From the NCBI RefSeq assembly GCF_006345805.1, contig NW_021836405.1, positions 1-24,236 on the forward strand: 24,236 nt of DNA, in the 5' to 3' direction. Positions 1 to 10,473 of the stretch are shown here, one piece after another (position 1 is the stretch's first letter; each line of letters starts with the position of its first letter). The notes under the pieces were generated by a model, which was given only the letters and a program-made list of their open reading frames with translations, ran no database searches and was not told the DNA's origin. Source of the DNA: Octopus sinensis (taxonomy: Eukaryota). The translations under genes were made by a program, and so were the position numbers.

Positions 1-555
1 TGACTCCTTTTCTGTGTGAATTCGTTAAAAGTCTCTACATGGGAATTTGCCTGGATTTATGTAGTTAGTTATGAATTTGCCTGATTGTGTGCGGTGCTTA
101 CAAACACTGATTCACCCTTTTCATTTTCCGTTCTGAAACAATATTAGTCTGTAAGTGTCCCTTGGCTATTCTTTCTGTACCCTTCTGTTCCACTGGTGCT
201 TTGTAATTTATTTCCAGGAAATCATACACCTAATTAGATATTATTCCTGTCATCAGCTTCCACATGAGGGGCAGACAGTGATAGGCCGGTGATATCCACT
301 GCATTGCTTTGTTGGGATTATTTTGGCAAAGAATTGTTGGACTTTTTGGTCAGCTCTTGGGATTTGTACCCCAGTTGTTTGATCATTTTATATATTGCTG
401 GCTATTTCTGTGTACTGCTGGGGAAATTTCAGCCAATATCCTTGTACGCTATCGGTCCTGGGTATTTCCAGATTGGCGATTTAATCAATCTGGCCCACAT
501 TGGTAGACAAAATACAATGAGGTGACTGGCGTTGTTGCATCTGCTTTTTCTCATC
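1..555 (-). mobile_element. Degenerate R4/Dong-like non-LTR retrotransposon fragment (RT N-terminal part plus a piece leading to the zinc knuckle); cut by the window edge
   Basis: Paralogous to 15223-15810, whose minus-strand translation gives NWKYPGPDSVQGYWLK...NHRPITCLPLMWKLMTGII; frameshifts and stops present. Confidence 0.8.
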
Positions 556-1282
556 CTTAATTACTAACAATCATCTCCTCTTCTCCTCTACTGACCTAAT
601 TTAATTTAACTCTCTATTACTTTATTACGATGACTATGCGAGATTGTATGTGTGTGTGTCTGTGTGTGCAAACAGATATTTATTGTCATCTCTAAACTCA
701 TACGTATGCATGTGTATGTATTGGCCAGTAATTGTGTGTATTGACTGCGGTAATCAATGGGAATATGCCACTGCATGTATGTGTGGTGCGTCGTGTGTGC
801 ATTGTTAGTGCGTGTGTTTATATATGTATGTCTCTGTCCGTATGCATGTATGTGTATACATGCACCCCTTAACCCCCAAGTCAAACACTCCCTCACTATA
901 TAGACTAATCTCTATATACTCTCATATGTTTCTCATCGCCAAATAATAGACTCTTCCAAGGCCTTCCAAATCTGATTCACTTTCTTCAAAGATGCAACTG
1001 ATAACTTCCATTATCCTTTGCCAGGGACTTTCCTAGAAACTTTACTAACTCTTCGATCACGAAAATACCAAACACATTTATCTGAGAATTCCATGGTTTC
1101 CAAAAGACTGGTAACGAATAATATCCTCGATAAAGGATATATGCATTTCTGCATTTTCTTCTTCTTTCTCCAATAACGGAATGATTTGCTCAGATGGAAT
1201 TCTTTACTCAATAACATGCTTAGCTATTCTAGAAACAGTTATAAGAGACTTTGTGCATATTTGTAACCACTCTGCACAGTTC

Positions 1283-1646
1283 TTTTATTTCTTTCAGCCA
1301 TTTCACTGCGTCCATGCTGGAGCAATACCTTTTTAATCGAACTTATTATTTGTAAGCCTTGCACTTATTCTATGAGTCTCCTTGCTGAAAACCACTAAAT
1401 TACATGGACGTAAACTCACCAACATCGGTTGTCAAGCGATGGTGGGGGACAAACAGAGACACCAAACTCACACACACAAACATGATGGGCTTCTTTCAGT
1501 TTCCGTCTTCCAGATCCATTAGCAAGGCTTTGGTCGGCCCGAGGCTATAGTAGAACGCATTATTGCAAGGTGCCACGCAGTGGGACTGAACCCCAAACAA
1601 TGTGGTTGGTAAGCACGCCTATTACTACACAGCCACTCCTGCGCCA
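1283..1646 (-). mobile_element. tRNA-derived SINE, family 1 (octopus-type), full length with internal (CA)n
   Basis: Reverse complement begins ggcgcaggagtggctgtgtagtaa..ggttcagtccc (A/B-box-like head) and ends in the tail ...ccagcatggacgcagtgaaatggctgaaagaaataaaa. Confidence 0.8.
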
Positions 1647-2049
1647 ATACTTATATTATAAATTATAAAATGAATGTTCTTGAATAAGGCTAAATGTTTT
1701 TCTTGCTCCTAATCTGTTATAATTTATGTCCCTCCGCTCAATGATCAACCACACCTTAAAACCGTTGATACCCAATTTGTGCACCACATTTTTCTGTTCA
1801 AGCCGGTGTTTTAGTGGTAAACCAAACTGAGCAGTCACACTACATACGACCTTTTACATGATTTTCTATTGTATCAACGCTAAGGTATAATATATACTTT
1901 TATGTGGCTTTGGGGAGTGGCATGAACGGATTTCTTTTATTTGTAAGTATTTCAATTACTCGTGTAACGAACAATTCCTTTAACGAACATGGCTTGGAAA
2001 GGATTATGTGTATATATAGAGATGCCACTGGTTTGAGAAGTTTTGAGTC

Positions 2050-2200
2050 GAACTAATTGACCTCTGTGCTTAATTTTTTAAGCCTTGTACTTATTTTATT
2101 GGAGTATTTTGGTGAATCGCTAAGTTACCGGAACGTAAACAAACCAACACAGGTCGTCAAGCGGTGGGACAAAAACTGACACAATGACACACACACACAC
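2050..2200 (-). mobile_element. SINE family 1 tail fragment
   Basis: gtcgaactaattgacc...gctaagttaccggaacgtaaacaaaccaacac. Confidence 0.6.
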
Positions 2201-2226
2201 ACTGATATTTACAGACAGACTTATAT

Positions 2227-2591
2227 AGGCATAGGAGTGGCTGTAGAGTATGAAACACATGGTTCCGGGTTAAGTCCGTTGCGAGACACCTTGGCTGAGT
2301 GTTTCTACTATAGCTAAGGCCGACCAAAGCCTGTGAGTGGATTTCAGAGATGGAAACTCAAATAAGCCCGTCGTATGTGTGTGTGTGTGTTCGTGTGTCT
2401 ATATTTGTCCGTCCACCATCCCTTGATAACCGATGTTGGTGTGTTTACTTCCCTTTAACCTAGCGGTTCTGGAAAAAACTGATAGAATAAGTACTAGGAT
2501 TACAAAGATTAATCATAGGGTCGATTTGTTCGACTAAAGGCGTAGCTCCAACATGGCCGCAGTCAAATGACTGAAACAAGTAAAAGAATAG
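2227..2591 (+). mobile_element. tRNA-derived SINE, family 1
   Basis: aggcataggagtggctgt...ggttccgggttaagtcc...ccaacatggccgcagtcaaatgactgaaacaagtaaaaga. Confidence 0.8.
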
Positions 2592-2598
2592 TCTCAAT

Positions 2599-2750
2599 GG
2601 GCTTCTTTCCGTTTCCATCTACCAAATCCACTCCTGAAGATTTTGAGAGTCCAATGGCTACAGTAGAAAACATATGAGTAGTGTGCCACGCAGTGGAACT
2701 GAACCCGAAACCAGATTTGGAAGCAAGCGTCTTACCACACAGCCGCGCCT
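2599..2750 (-). mobile_element. SINE family 1 head, inverted relative to 2227-2591
   Basis: ggcttctttccgtttccatctaccaaatccac...cttaccacacagccgcgcct. Confidence 0.8.
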
Positions 2751-2884
2751 AAACATGCCCCCCTACACAGACTCAATCCAAGGAAACACGCATAAAGATG
2801 AAACACTCTCCAAGCCGTTCACTTTATAATTTGTTTAAACGATTAACATGGTGTCCATTAGTGAGTAATGCTGTGTTTTGATTA

Positions 2885-3035
2885 TTTCTCCTACACATTC
2901 ATTTCAAATTTTTGCACAACACCAGCAATTTCGGGGGAGAGAGTAAGTTGATTACATCGACCCCAGTACTTAACTGATAATGATTTCATCCACCCCGAAA
3001 GGATAAAAGGCAAAGACAACCTCGGAATATTTCTA
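2885..3035 (-). mobile_element. SINE family 2, 3' fragment (paralogues at ~5905-6060 and ~17915-18060)
   Basis: Reverse complement of gaggt.gactttgcctttcatcctttcggggt.gataaat..agtac..gggtcgatgtaatc. Confidence 0.7.
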
Positions 3036-3069
3036 CTTAAAATTTATATTATTACGTTCATGCATAAAA

Positions 3070-3417
3070 CATATGTAGGTGGGACAGCATCCCAGAAATC
3101 CTTCTTTTCTACTAGGCGTTTTCCAAAGCAACACCCACTGAATTTTTTTATGGATCCCGAAAAAGATATGAGCGTTACTCCTAAGAGATGTCTCTTGTCA
3201 GCTAACGATATGGCGTTGTATCATGTAATGATAGAAAGTCTGACGCAGAAAATTGCGGAGTTTGGTGGTGGTATACAAAGTCTGAGAACGAGGCCAATTT
3301 TAGGTACATATCTTTGTTTGTTTGTTTTTTGTGTTTTACTTAGGGTGTTGTGGTCGACGTTGTTGTTTGCCCAGATCGAAGTTTTGCACAAAGTCATTCA
3401 AACTATCGCCATCTAAT
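3070..3417. pseudogene. Internal fragment of the long subfamily, fused between block A and a short-subfamily copy
   Basis: Near-identical to ~8960-9308 and ~21010-21350 (cagcatcccagaaatccttc...gcacaaag). Confidence 0.3.
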
Positions 3418-4310
3418 TCTATTGCCTCATATAAGTGTTTTTGTCTCACGTTCCAGCTGCTATCCGAAAAGTATACTGAATGAAATACCCTGTTGAAATA
3501 ATTCTCTATTTTTTTAAACCGTGAGTTGCAGTATTTTCCTTGATGTATGTGATTGGCTGCAATTCTTTAATATCCGAAAAATAAATCCATTTTCCAGCTA
3601 TTAACCGTTCCTACACGTCAAGTGTTGAAATGGGCGCTGTGCAACATAAGATGAAGTGTCTTGCGCGCAATACACCTTTCTTTGCAGGATTTGAAATCAT
3701 GACCCTGTTATCGAGAGCAGCACCTTTGACCAGGATGTTATGTATTCTCGACTGCTATTATACTCCCAAAATGGTATTTTTCATATGTCCTGGCAACACC
3801 CAGAGAATATTCTTATCTACTTGACACATTTCTAAAACAAACACCATTGTTTTTATCGATTATTAGGATGGCGATATCTGCTCAAAGACACGACCTCATC
3901 TCTCTAGTTACTAAAATGCAAACCCGACGAATTTCCCTCCTTTCCCAGAATATATTTCAGTTGGTTGTAAAGTATTCTTGTTGTTCACTGATGACAAGGC
4001 TATGATCAGAGGCGTTTCGGTCATGATCATCCCCTCCATTCACTTACATCACAATGTGTGTTGTGTTCTTTCCGTGGTTAAGTCGGTAGGGTGTGAGATA
4101 ATGGAATATCATTGTCTCAAATGCTTACGATAGGGCTGATAGCGCAAATGTTCAAGTAATGGACATTCACTAGTCCTGAAACCTACACCTACAATCATTA
4201 TTGTAATACATCACATGATGTGGATGTTAATTTTTATAGATCTTTCCGAAATATAAGTCCGACCTTACTATCAAGATGAAGATTCAATTTATTAAATAAC
4301 ATCTAGGACT
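3414..4310. pseudogene. Unidentified duplicated sequence family, short subfamily, copy 1
   Basis: Colinear with 10474-11178 and 13655-14584; multiple stops. Confidence 0.3.
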
Positions 4311-4459
4311 TCCTTCGGGTCCGTCTACAATACCCACTCACAAGTCTTTGCTCGGCCCGAGTCTATAGTAGAAGACACTTTCCCAGGTTGCCATGCAGGG
4401 AAAATAAACCTGGATCTATGTGCTTGCGGAACAAGTTCCTTACCAAATAGCCACGCCTA
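4307..4459 (-). mobile_element. SINE family 1 head
   Basis: gggtccgtctac...tatagtagaagacactttccc...cttaccaaatagccacgccta. Confidence 0.75.
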
Positions 4460-5042
4460 TGCATGTGTGTTTATGTAGAAGTCTATATATAGTGAGAGAA
4501 GGACAAAAAATGCTTAACCAATAGTTATTACGTGCGTGTAACGACGTTATGGTTGGTTGGAACCAAATGCTCGCCGACAAATGACAGTCAGGAACAACGT
4601 TATTCTATTAAGTTGCATAGTTATAGAAAGATAGAGAGAGATGGAAAAATAAATCATATATATGTGTGTGTGTATATATAAAAATGTTAAATCTTAAAAG
4701 AAAAGTACCAAAAATTGATTAATCTATTCGCATTCTGAGTTCCTTTCCTGTCGAATTCCCCTTTGCCTTTCATTTCTCAGAGGTGCTGAAGTTCGATTAG
4801 TCGACTGACCAACTCCCAACAAAACACAACCACTGGCATTCTACCTAAGCCAGAAACCACTTTAAAGGCGGCAATCTAGGATTTTAGGACGAAGAATTTC
4901 TACGCGGGGTCATATGTAATCATGTATGGTTATATAAAGATGCATGAGGATATAATACATACACAACACGCACGAATATGTGTGTGTATGAGTGTATTTG
5001 CATATGAGTGTGTGTATGTACGTACGTTTTATATATATATAT

Positions 5043-5076
<34 letters not shown>

Positions 5077-5266
5077 GTATGTATATATGAATGTATATGT
5101 GAGCGTGCGTCTACTTGTGTGTGTGAATACATACACATGTGTACGAGGCGAAACATTCCCACACAACACGTATATATATAGGTATATAATACATATATAT
5201 ATATATTCATACGCATTTGTATATATACACACACAAACACACACACATATATAAATGTGTATTCTT

Positions 5267-5722
5267 TTTCTTTTATTCTTTTACTTGATGAAGTCATTTG
5301 CCCGCGGCCATGCTGGAGCACCATATCAAAAGTTTTTAAACACAATAGATTGACATCAGACCTTATTCTTTGTAAGCCAAGTACTTATTTTATTGGCCGC
5401 TTTTGCCGAACCGCAATGTTTAGGAGGGGCCTTAAAAAACCTGCTGCCAAGATATGAATGGGTAACAAACATAGTCGCAAAAACAGAAACACAAATACAC
5501 AAACAAATGAACTCACACACACACACACAAACACACATATGCTTCAATATATATAGATATATATATAACGCACTTCTTTCGGTTTCCGTCTACCAAATCC
5601 ACTCGTAAGATTTTGGTCGTCCAAGGTTATAGTAGAAGACACTTTCCAAATTTCCATGCAGTGAAACTGAACCTGGAACTATCTGCTTGCGATGCATGTT
5701 TCTTACCACACAGCTACGCCTA
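5267..5722 (-). mobile_element. SINE family 1, full length with internal microsatellite
   Basis: Tail (gccatgctggagcacc, ttttgccgaaccgc) plus head (gtttccgtctaccaaatccactc...cttaccacacagc). Confidence 0.75.
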
Positions 5723-6188
5723 TGTATGTGTGTTTATGTATAAGTCTATATATAGGATGAACAGGACAAACAAATATTTAACTAATAATTCTGACGTGAG
5801 TGTAACACCGTTATGTTTTCTTGGAACAAAATGCTCACCGTTCACTTAATAATTTGTTCAAACGATTAACATGGTGTCCATTAGTGAGTAATGCTGTGTT
5901 TTGATTTATTTCTCCTACACATTCATTTCAAATTTTGGCACAACACCAGCAATTTCGGGGGAGGGAGTAAGTTGATTACATCGACACCAGTACTTAACTG
6001 ATATTGATTTCATCCACCCCGAAAGGATAAAAGGCAAAGACAACCTCGGCGGAATTTTTCTACTTAATATTTAATATTATTACGTTTTGCATTTTTGAAA
6101 TTGGGTGTTAAAACAGAAATACTTCTATTTGGAGATGGTCGTCTGTTGCCAATGAAACACAAGCAAAATATATATTTGATCCTCACTT

Positions 6189-6226
6189 TATTATTATTAT
6201 CATTATTGTTGTTGTTGTTGTTGTTT

Positions 6227-6258
<32 letters not shown>

Positions 6259-6312
6259 GGTGGTGGAGGTGGTCGTGGTGGTAGTGGTGGTGGTGGTGGG
6301 TGGTTGTGGTGT
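6189..6312. repeat. Compound (TTA)/(TTG)/(GGT) microsatellite
   Basis: Seen directly. Confidence 0.95.
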
Positions 6313-6313
6313 T

Positions 6314-6519
6314 ACGCCGGGCAAAACGCTTAGAAGTATTTCGTCTGCCCGAAGGTGGCGAGATGTCAGAAACGTTAGCGCGCCGGGCGAAATGCTTAGC
6401 AGTATTTCGTCTGTGGTTACGTTCTTAGTTCAAATTCCGCCGAGATCGACTTTGCCTTTCATCCTTTCGGGAACGATAAATTAAGTACCAGTTACACACT
6501 GGCTTCGATGTAATGGACT
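6314..6519 (+). mobile_element. tRNA-derived SINE, family 2
   Basis: cgttagcgcgccgggcgaaatgcttagc..ttagttcaaattccgccgagatcgactttgcctttcatcctttcggg. Confidence 0.8.
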
Positions 6520-6544
6520 TGTCCTTGTGCTTCCAGTAGACAGG

Positions 6545-6549
6545 ATTAC

Positions 6550-6612
<63 letters not shown>

Positions 6613-6629
6613 CATTATTATTATTATTA

Positions 6630-6663
<34 letters not shown>

Positions 6664-6685
6664 ATTATTATATTAATTATTATTA

Positions 6686-6735
<50 letters not shown>

Positions 6736-6761
6736 TCTTTTCTTCTTCTTTCTTCTTCTTC

Positions 6762-6837
<76 letters not shown>

Positions 6838-6846
6838 TTATTATTA

Positions 6847-6878
<32 letters not shown>

Positions 6879-6889
6879 TATCATTATTA
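6545..6889. repeat. Long imperfect (TTA)n microsatellite with an embedded (TTC)n patch
   Basis: Seen directly. Confidence 0.98.
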
Positions 6890-6890
6890 A

Positions 6891-7105
6891 GGCGAAGAGC
6901 TGGCAGAATCGTTAGCACTCCGGGCAAAATGCTTGGTAGTATTTCATCCATCATTAGTTTCTGAGTTCAAATTCCCCGAGGTCTACTTCGCATTTCATCA
7001 TTTCGATGTCTATAAATTAAATATCAGTTGAGTACCAGGGGCTATATAATCGACTAACTCACCCCCAAAAATATTTCAGGCCCTGTGCCTATAGTAGGAA
7101 CGACT
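6891..7105 (+). mobile_element. tRNA-derived SINE, family 2
   Basis: agctggcagaatcgttagcac.ccgggcaaaatgctt..gagttcaaattcc; flanked by (TTA)n. Confidence 0.8.
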
Positions 7106-7369
7106 ATTATTATTATTATCATTATTATTAATTTATTTAAATTCTTTCGTCTCACATACTATGATCTCCTCAGCGACTCTCTGCTACGCCTTTTTCTTCT
7201 TATCCTGCTTATTCTGTATTAAAATTTATATTAAATGTCTACGTTTCTACTGTTTGTCAAGTGGATTGTTTGCCAAATAATTTATACTCGGAACAATTGT
7301 ACAAACGGAATTTCCACTTGGTGCAGCTATATATTTTAGTAATTGTTTGAATGAATACACGCACTTACA

Positions 7370-7485
7370 CAACACACATATATGTATGTGTGTGTATATA
7401 ATGTGTGGTTGTGTATATATATATGTGGTTTGTGTGTGTGTGTGTATATATATGTATGTATATAATATATATATATACATATATG

Positions 7486-7527
<42 letters not shown>

Positions 7528-7570
7528 TAAATATATATATATGTATGTATGTATGTATATATATATATAA
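7370..7570. repeat. (TA)/(TG) compound microsatellite
   Basis: Seen directly. Confidence 0.9.
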
Positions 7571-7857
7571 GCATAGTAGTAATATGTTAAAGAAAGAAAA
7601 TATAAAATACAAGTGGAACTGTATGGATAAAATATGATACATATATAATAGAGAGAGACTTTTAGTGGGGGGCAACCAGATCGAACCTTCCCAAGTGTTA
7701 CTGCCCGAGATGGTCGTGATAGTGGGACTTGACTGAGGAAAGAGAGCGTTATTTTTTTACCATTTATATATGTGTGTGTGTGTGGTGTGTCTGTCTGTCT
7801 GTCAATCTATTTATAGAAGTTTCTGTTTGTTTATCTGTCTAATTATTTTTCGAATTA

Positions 7858-7975
7858 TCTCTCTCTCTCTTTCTCTTTTCTTTCTTTTTTCTTTCCCTCT
7901 CTCCCTGTTCCACACTTTCTTTCTCTCTCTTTTTTTCTCTCCTTCTGTCTTTCTGTTCTTCTCTCTCTCTTTGTG
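7858..7975. repeat. (TC)n / pyrimidine-rich microsatellite (paralogue at 19740-19876)
   Basis: Seen directly. Confidence 0.9.
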
Positions 7976-8499
7976 CTGCTATTTTTAGTGTGCTGGTGCT
8001 GCTTGTAGGACCTTTAATTATTAATTAATGATGCTTTACCTTATGGGATTTTTTACGCATGCTTGCCAGTTGATATTATTGTAAGCAATAATATCCATAT
8101 ATATATATATAAATATATATGCACTTATACACAGGTGTGTATGATTGTGTATAGAAGAATATATTACTGAAAGATATTCCAACTTTGATTTTCATGATTT
8201 ATTTACAATCTTATAATAATATATGATAAGATAAGATAACATAATGAAGCGATAGAATATCAAATATCCACTCTGATTGAACTAGTACTTTCATGCATTC
8301 TTCAAGTTGTATAAAAATAGTTATTGTCTGCATCATTCCAAAGAGAAATAAAGTCTCCATAAAGTGTAAAACATAGAAATAATTTGTAAGGTGTTAGTAA
8401 CAAAATATTTTGTTAGAAATAGGACTATTATCATCGGTCTTAAATTTAATTTCGCCTGTGTAGATATGTGTGTGTATAAATATTAATTTTAAATCTTTA

Positions 8500-9780
8500 C
8501 AGGAAAGTAGCAAAAATTGATTTACATTTACAATGCCGGTTTCAAATATGACTTCAGTTTTAATTTTTTACAGAAATTAGAAAAGGTTTATCCACTTATC
8601 TGAATATTCTATTACCTCATGAAAGTTTATTGTCTCATTTTGCGGCTTGTATCGGATAAGAATACTGACCGAAGTACACATTTTTATAACCCGTTATGTG
8701 TTTTTTTAACGGCAGTGTCAGTATTTTCTGTCGATGTATGTTATTCGCTGTACTTTAATATCCGGAAAATAAATCCATTTTCCAGAAATTCACCATTCCT
8801 ACACGACGCAAAGCAATATGAGATGAGGTGTTTTGCTTAAGAACGCAATACAATTCCCTTTACGGGATTCGAAACCGCGATCTCGCTATCGCGAATGTAG
8901 CACAGTTAACATCGTGGTCATACGCCTTGGACACCAGTTATATTATTAAACATGTTATATGACATAGAGGTGACAGCATCCCAGAAATCCTTCTTATTTA
9001 CTGGGCGTTTTCCCGAAGCAACACCCACTGAATTTTCATGGAACCCGAGAAAGATCTGAGCGTTACTCCTAAGAGATGTCTCTTGTCAGCTAACGATATG
9101 GCGTTGTATCATGTAATGATAGAAAGTCTGACGCAGAAAATTGCGTTGTTTGATGTGGTGATACAAAGTCTGAGAACGAGGCCAATTTTAGGTACATATC
9201 TTTGTTTGATTTTTGTGTGTTTTACTTAGGGTGTTGTTGTCGACGTTGTTGTTTGCCCTGACTGATCGTAATTTTGCACAAAGGCATTCCAATTATACCC
9301 TACTAATTATTTTTATTCAAACATTAGCAACCATGTCCTCCATTGTCTAAAATAAGAGTGTGTGATTGGAAAGAGATTTCGCAGGTATCTCCAGGTGTTT
9401 GATGGAAAACATTGTAAACATATCTGCGCCACAAGCCAATGTTTCCTGATTGAGTAAGCTATGGTCAGAGGACATCCAGTCTTCATCCTCCCATCCATTT
9501 AGTTATATAGCATTGTCTCCGGTCTCTAGGTGAGCAGGGTTTTCCCTGAATTCAATTGCAACCAAAAACCCATAGGACACTTGTGGTTATACAACTAAAT
9601 ACATGCTTACAATTCCTCAGATCTGAATGCTTCGCCACCTTCCCATCCCCGCAGGACTTTCAAATGAAAAAAATAAGTTGTACAGTTAAAAAGTATAGAG
9701 GTTAAATTAAAAAGATAATATTAAACAAGAATATCCAAGCAAAATAGTCGGCAATGTCTGTACACAATGCCTGTACACAA
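8500..9780. pseudogene. Unidentified duplicated sequence family, long subfamily, copy 1 (possibly a decayed gene)
   Basis: Aligns to the short subfamily with some third-position-biased differences (SYLLGVFxKQHPL vs SYLLVAFLKQTPL on +); many stops and frameshifts; no family motif recognised. Confidence 0.3.
8805..8925 (-). mobile_element. Old degenerate tRNA-derived SINE, family 3, embedded in the unidentified family (also ~3605-3745, ~13935-14060, ~20860-20965)
   Basis: Minus strand gcgagatcgcggtttcgaatcccg (B-box/T-arm-like) followed by gcgttcttaagcaaaacacctcatctcatattgc, similar to the ..cttgagcaagacactt.. SINE core as I recall it. Confidence 0.5.
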
Positions 9781-10473
9781 ATTTACAAATTGCTTTGCAG
9801 CGTTTCTGTCGGCTATTCGCGTTCTGAGTTCCTTTCCCGCTGAAGTCCCCTTTGCGTCTCATTTCTCAGAGGTGCTGAAGTCCAATTAGTCGACTGACCA
9901 CTTCCCCCACAATAACACAACCACTGGCATTCTACCTAAGCCAGAGACAACATTATATGAGCGGCAATCTAGGATTTCAGGACAAAGAATTGCTACGCGG
10001 TGTCATATGTAATCATGTATGGTTATATAAAGATGCAGCAAGATATATACATACACAAACACAAACAAATATATTTGCGTGTATGTGTGTGTGTGTAAGT
10101 GTACCTGTGTGGGCTTGTGTGTGTGACTGTGTGCAATTATGTACGTTTGTTTGTGTATATATATATATATAAAAATATATATATATATATATATAGGCGT
10201 AGAGCCCTGTGAGTGGATTTGGTAGACAGAAACTATATGTATATATATGTGTGTGTGTGTCTATATGTTTCTATGTGTCATTTTATTGTTCACTTTTGCC
10301 GATCCGCTATGTTAAGGGGAGCGAAATAAAACCATGCTGCCAAGCTGTGAATGGAGAATAAACATAGACACACATACGTTTGAATGTGTTATTTTATTGC
10401 TCACTTTTGCCGATCCGCGATGTTAAGGGTGATGTTATGGTTGCTTGGAACCAAATGCTCACCGCCAAATTAT

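Larger units (their letters stand above)
1..3065 (+). repeat. Segmental duplication block A, copy 1
   Basis: Colinear with 15223-18097 from tgactcc..ttttctgtgtgaattc to catgcat, with indels. Confidence 0.95.
4307..5840 (+). repeat. Segmental duplication block C, copy 1
   Basis: Colinear with 12016-13543 from ttccttcgggtccgtctac to aaatgctcaccg. Confidence 0.93.
5838..9922 (+). repeat. Segmental duplication block B, copy 1
   Basis: Colinear with 17843-21985 from ccgttcact..ataatttg to acacaacc. Confidence 0.95.

Noticed and set aside
289-525. Plus-strand ORFs at 289-525 and 15247-15809
   Set aside because: They are antisense readings of the LINE fragment
3900-4050. Minus-strand SDHSL as an endonuclease (EEP) catalytic motif
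   Set aside because: No other EEP motifs are present, and that frame has stops shared across copies
3414-4310. NUMT or TGA=Trp coding
   Set aside because: No mitochondrial gene similarity is recognisable, and TAA/TAG stops are also shared
7161-7280. 39-aa Cys-rich hydrophobic small ORF intact in both B copies (also 18959-19078)
   Set aside because: Survival in two recent copies is expected by chance, and the differences are not clearly synonymous-biased
4920-7675. Low-complexity ORFs (poly-IY, HT, N, I, Y, L/V), including 6095-6484 and 6630-6890, and similar ORFs at 11800-13270, 15900-16170, 18750-20230 and 22030-22620
   Set aside because: They are translations of di- and trinucleotide microsatellites and SINEs
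8850-8925. tRNA gene
   Set aside because: Only a mismatched T-arm is present, with no canonical anticodon arm or acceptor stem; it is better explained as an old SINE head
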